Below are positions 60,846 through 64,000 of a DNA stretch of 64,000 nucleotides, piece after piece (position 1 is the stretch's first letter; each line of letters opens with the position of its first letter). The notes beneath the pieces were generated by a model. That model did no database searches. It was not told where the DNA came from and worked only from the letters and a program-made list of their open reading frames with translations. Where the stretch lies: contig NW_027590159.1 of NCBI RefSeq assembly GCF_964213995.1, forward strand, positions 1 through 64,000, given 5' to 3'. The position numbers were made by a program, and so were the translations under genes. Origin of the DNA: Mustelus asterias (Eukaryota).

Positions 60846-63289
60846 ATCCCACTCTAATCACCCCCCCACTCACTCTCTCTCAGGAACTCACCGCCAAAGC
60901 CCTCTGAGCCACTCCCAATCCTTCTCAACCCGCTGCCCTCAATCTCCACTAATTCCCCCCCAAACCTCCTCTTTCCCCCACCTGATTCCCTGTCCCTCTG
61001 CACGATCTGCTTTAATCCGACTCTGTAAGCACCCCCTCCCCCCGCTCAATCTCTCTGACACCCACTGCCAATCTGACTCTCAGCCCCCTGAATCCTCCAA
61101 GTTCCTGTCCCAAATCCTCAGCCCCCCCCCCAAAGGCTCCCTTTGCCCCCCCTGCCAAAATCAAGCCACCCAATCCTTCCGCAGTCCTCCCCACCCCTGA
61201 ATCCCTCTGAGTCACCCCCCCACTCCGAATCGCTCGACACCCCCCCAATTCTAACCCTGATGCAAGGCCCCACCCTAAATCCCTCTCTGAATTTCCCCCC
61301 TCCCAAATCCCTATAAATCCACCCCGCCCTCAATCCCTTTCCCTCCACCCCGACTCGCCCCCCCGCTAACTCCCTCTGACTCCCTACCCCATCCAGACCC
61401 TCCCCAGATTCTAAGCCCCTGAGATTCCTCTGGAATCCCCCCTGAATGTCTCCTGAGATCGCACCCACCCTCGCCACATTCCTCTGCCCCCGAATCCTGC
61501 TCCCTCTCCAATCCCACCCCTTCAATCTGTCTGAGCACCAAACCATGTCTTTTAATCCCCGTAAACCCCCCAATCCCTCCTGTATCCCTCAGAACCCCAG
61601 AAATCCCCCTCTGAGCCCCCTCTTCCCAAATCCCCCTCAATTCCCCCCCGATTCCCTCCCTCTCAGCCCCGCTAAATCCCAAAGTCCCCATGAGACCCTT
61701 AAATCCCCCTGAATCCCTCTAATTCCCGACCACAATCCCTGAGTCTACCCCTACATCCCTCTCCACTCTCCCCCTTTAATCCCCCTCAATCCCCCCCCAC
61801 TCCAGCCAAATCTGTCGTCCCTCCTCACAATCCCTCTAAATCTCCCGATCCTTCCCTCTGAGCCCCGTATCCCTCTAAGTTCCCCTCTTTCCCCCCCCGC
61901 CCCTCTCAACCTGGCAAATTCCCACTCCCTCCCTGTGAACAGCCTCTGGACTGACAGATACCCCCCTTTCTAATTAGTACCCCCCCCCCCCCCCTCCGCG
62001 CGTCCATCCCCGTCCACCACCCCCCTGTAAACAGCTCCTGGTGGAGTTGGATGTGGAAACTCTGCCCATTTTAAACATTAACGTTCAAATGACTAATTCC
62101 CTTGACACTGAGCAGCCTGTGTTATAACATCCCCCACCCCCATCCTGTACAACAGACCCCCTGTCTGATTCCCCCTCCCCCCTCCTCCATTGCCCCCTTT
62201 CTCTGATAACCCCTGACTCTGGTCAGCCTGTGTTATAATATTCCCCCCTCTTGTACAACAGCCTCCCCCACCGGCCCCTTCCCTCTCTGTCTAATAGCCC
62301 CTGGCTCTGAACAAACCCCTGTATTACACACTCCCCCCTTTCAGCAGTGCTGAATCCCTCTGAATTGCCCCCGATTCCCTCCCTCTGCGTTCCTGGGCCT
62401 TTGCTGCTTGTGAACAGCAAACCTGTGATCTGGCCCGTCCCCCACGAGAGAGCAGAGAGAGAGAGAGATATAAGAGACAGAGAAGCAGAGATAGAGAGAT
62501 GGAGATAGAGAGAATGCTGCTGTAATTCAGACAGAATGATTCACAGAGAGGGGGAAGCAGAGATCAGAGAGATGGAGATGGGGAGGATGCGACTGTAATT
62601 CAGACTGATTCACAGAGAAGGAAGCAGAGATCAGAGAGAGGGGGAAGCAGATAGAGAGAGGGAAGCGATAGAGAGAGAGATAAGAGACAAATAAAAGCAG
62701 AGTTAAAGTTAAAATTTTATTTGTTAATCACAAGTAGGCTTACATTAACACTGCAATGAAGTTATTGTGAAAAGATATAGAGATGGGGAGAGAGAGAGAA
62801 TGCTGCTGTACTTCAGACAGAATGAGTCACAGAGAGGGAGCAGAGATAGACAGAGGGGGGAGCAGAGATAGAGAGAGAGACGGAGAGGAGGCTGCTGTGA
62901 TTGAGATAAAATGATCCAGAGAGAGAGAGAGATGTCCAGAGAGGCTGAGATACAAAGTGAGATGTGGAGATAAGTAGAAAGTGGGGCTTTGGCAAGACAG
63001 AGTGACAATGTTTCAGAGAGAGTGAAAGACAGAGAGGAGAGAAAAAGGGAAAGATGCTGCCATTGTGAGAGGCTGAGGTATAAAGGATGGGGAGAGACAG
63101 GGATTGGAAAGATGTGGAGAAACAGTTCTGAGGATGGGGGAGTTGCACAGACAGAGCTTCAGGGAGAGGGATTGAAATCTGTGGGATTACATTGGAGCAG
63201 GGATCACTGGGAATACCCCCTCCCCCTGACACACAGACCACTAACCCTCCGTGTAAAAGCCCCACCAGTCGATCTGTGAATAAAAATGA

Positions 63290-63409
63290 ACGACAAAGAC
63301 ACGGGGACTTTTATTAATATTTTTCTCTCTGGTTATAGCTCTTGTCCGAGGATTCCTCACGGCAAAACTATTCGCTCTCTGCATCGCCAAAGTTTCCAAA
63401 GGAATTCTC
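63290..63409 (-). other. Possible 3'-terminal exon of a minus-strand gene extending beyond the window
   Basis: Strong acceptor ttttctctttctctcttccaag|GAG AAT TCC...GAA TAG, AATAAA at 63315-63310, and a GU-rich downstream element. Confidence 0.3.
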
Positions 63410-63675
63410 CTTGGAAGAGAGAAAGAGAAAATAAAGTGAAATTTGATTAAACACAAAACAAAAGCTGATTAAAAACAATAAAAGGCACAGCAAGATCCCA
63501 GGACTTGCTGAAATTCACAATCTCACTGGGGGGGGGCGGTGGGGGAAACATTCATTTTCACCTCCTCATTATTAAACCCTGACAAAATGGGAACACGTTT
63601 CAAATGCAATGAACTGCCTCCTGACTGTCCCGATATTGAATTTATTAAACACGTCAAAGCATTCTGGGGGCTTTA

Positions 63676-64000
63676 CATAGAACATAGAACATAGAACATA
63701 GAACATTACAGCGCAGAACAGGCCCTTCGGCCCACGATGTTGCACCGACCAGTTACTAAAAAAAAAACACTGTGACCCTCCAACCTAAACCAATTTCTTT
63801 TCGTCCATGAATCTATCTACGGCTCTCTTAAACGCCCCCAAACTAGGCGCATTTACAACTGATGCTGGCAGGGCATTCCAATCCCTCACCACTCTCTGGG
63901 TAAAGAACCTACCCCTGATATCGGTCCTATAACTACCCCCCCTCAATTTAAAGCCATGCCCCCTCGTGCTGGATTTCTCCATCAGAGGAAAAAGGCTATC
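63676..64000 (-). mobile_element. CR1-clade LINE 3' end with (TTCTATG)n tail
   Basis: TRGHGFKLRGGSYRTDIRGRFFTQRVVRDWNALP and (CATAGAA)n on the + strand. Confidence 0.9.

Noticed and set aside
60328-61712. Pro-rich (extensin-like) and Gly-rich ORFs
   Set aside because: They are artefacts of the C-rich minisatellite.

Overview
Eukaryotic genomic DNA, almost certainly a cartilaginous fish (shark). The left third holds the constant region of an IgM heavy-chain cluster (Cmu1-4, secretory tail, TM1, TM2; V/D/J not seen in the window). It is followed by a GPR139-like GPCR relic, a TCR alpha/delta-like V pseudogene, CR1/SINE/ERV debris and a truncated hAT (Buster/Charlie) transposon. The right two-thirds is a cluster of KRAB-less C2H2 zinc-finger (ZNF) genes that share a promoter / non-coding exon 1 / intron 1 architecture. 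The most notable feature is a head-to-head ZNF-type promoter at about 30150-30640 whose two outgoing exon-1 arms each run into a different, apparently sequence-specific retroelement in sense orientation. Leftward there is a tandem pair of Tx1-clade LINEs, each starting at the same ~23-27 bp ZNF exon-1 motif. Rightward there is an 11.3 kb array of six non-coding, poly(A)-signal-terminated, strongly hairpin-forming units, each starting right after a copy of the ZNF exon-1 splice donor (CATCT|GTGAGT). A tRNA-Gly-derived gene with a GTC anticodon sits directly upstream of the next ZNF exon-1 donor. All calls are by eye from the sequence and ORF track; no searches were run.
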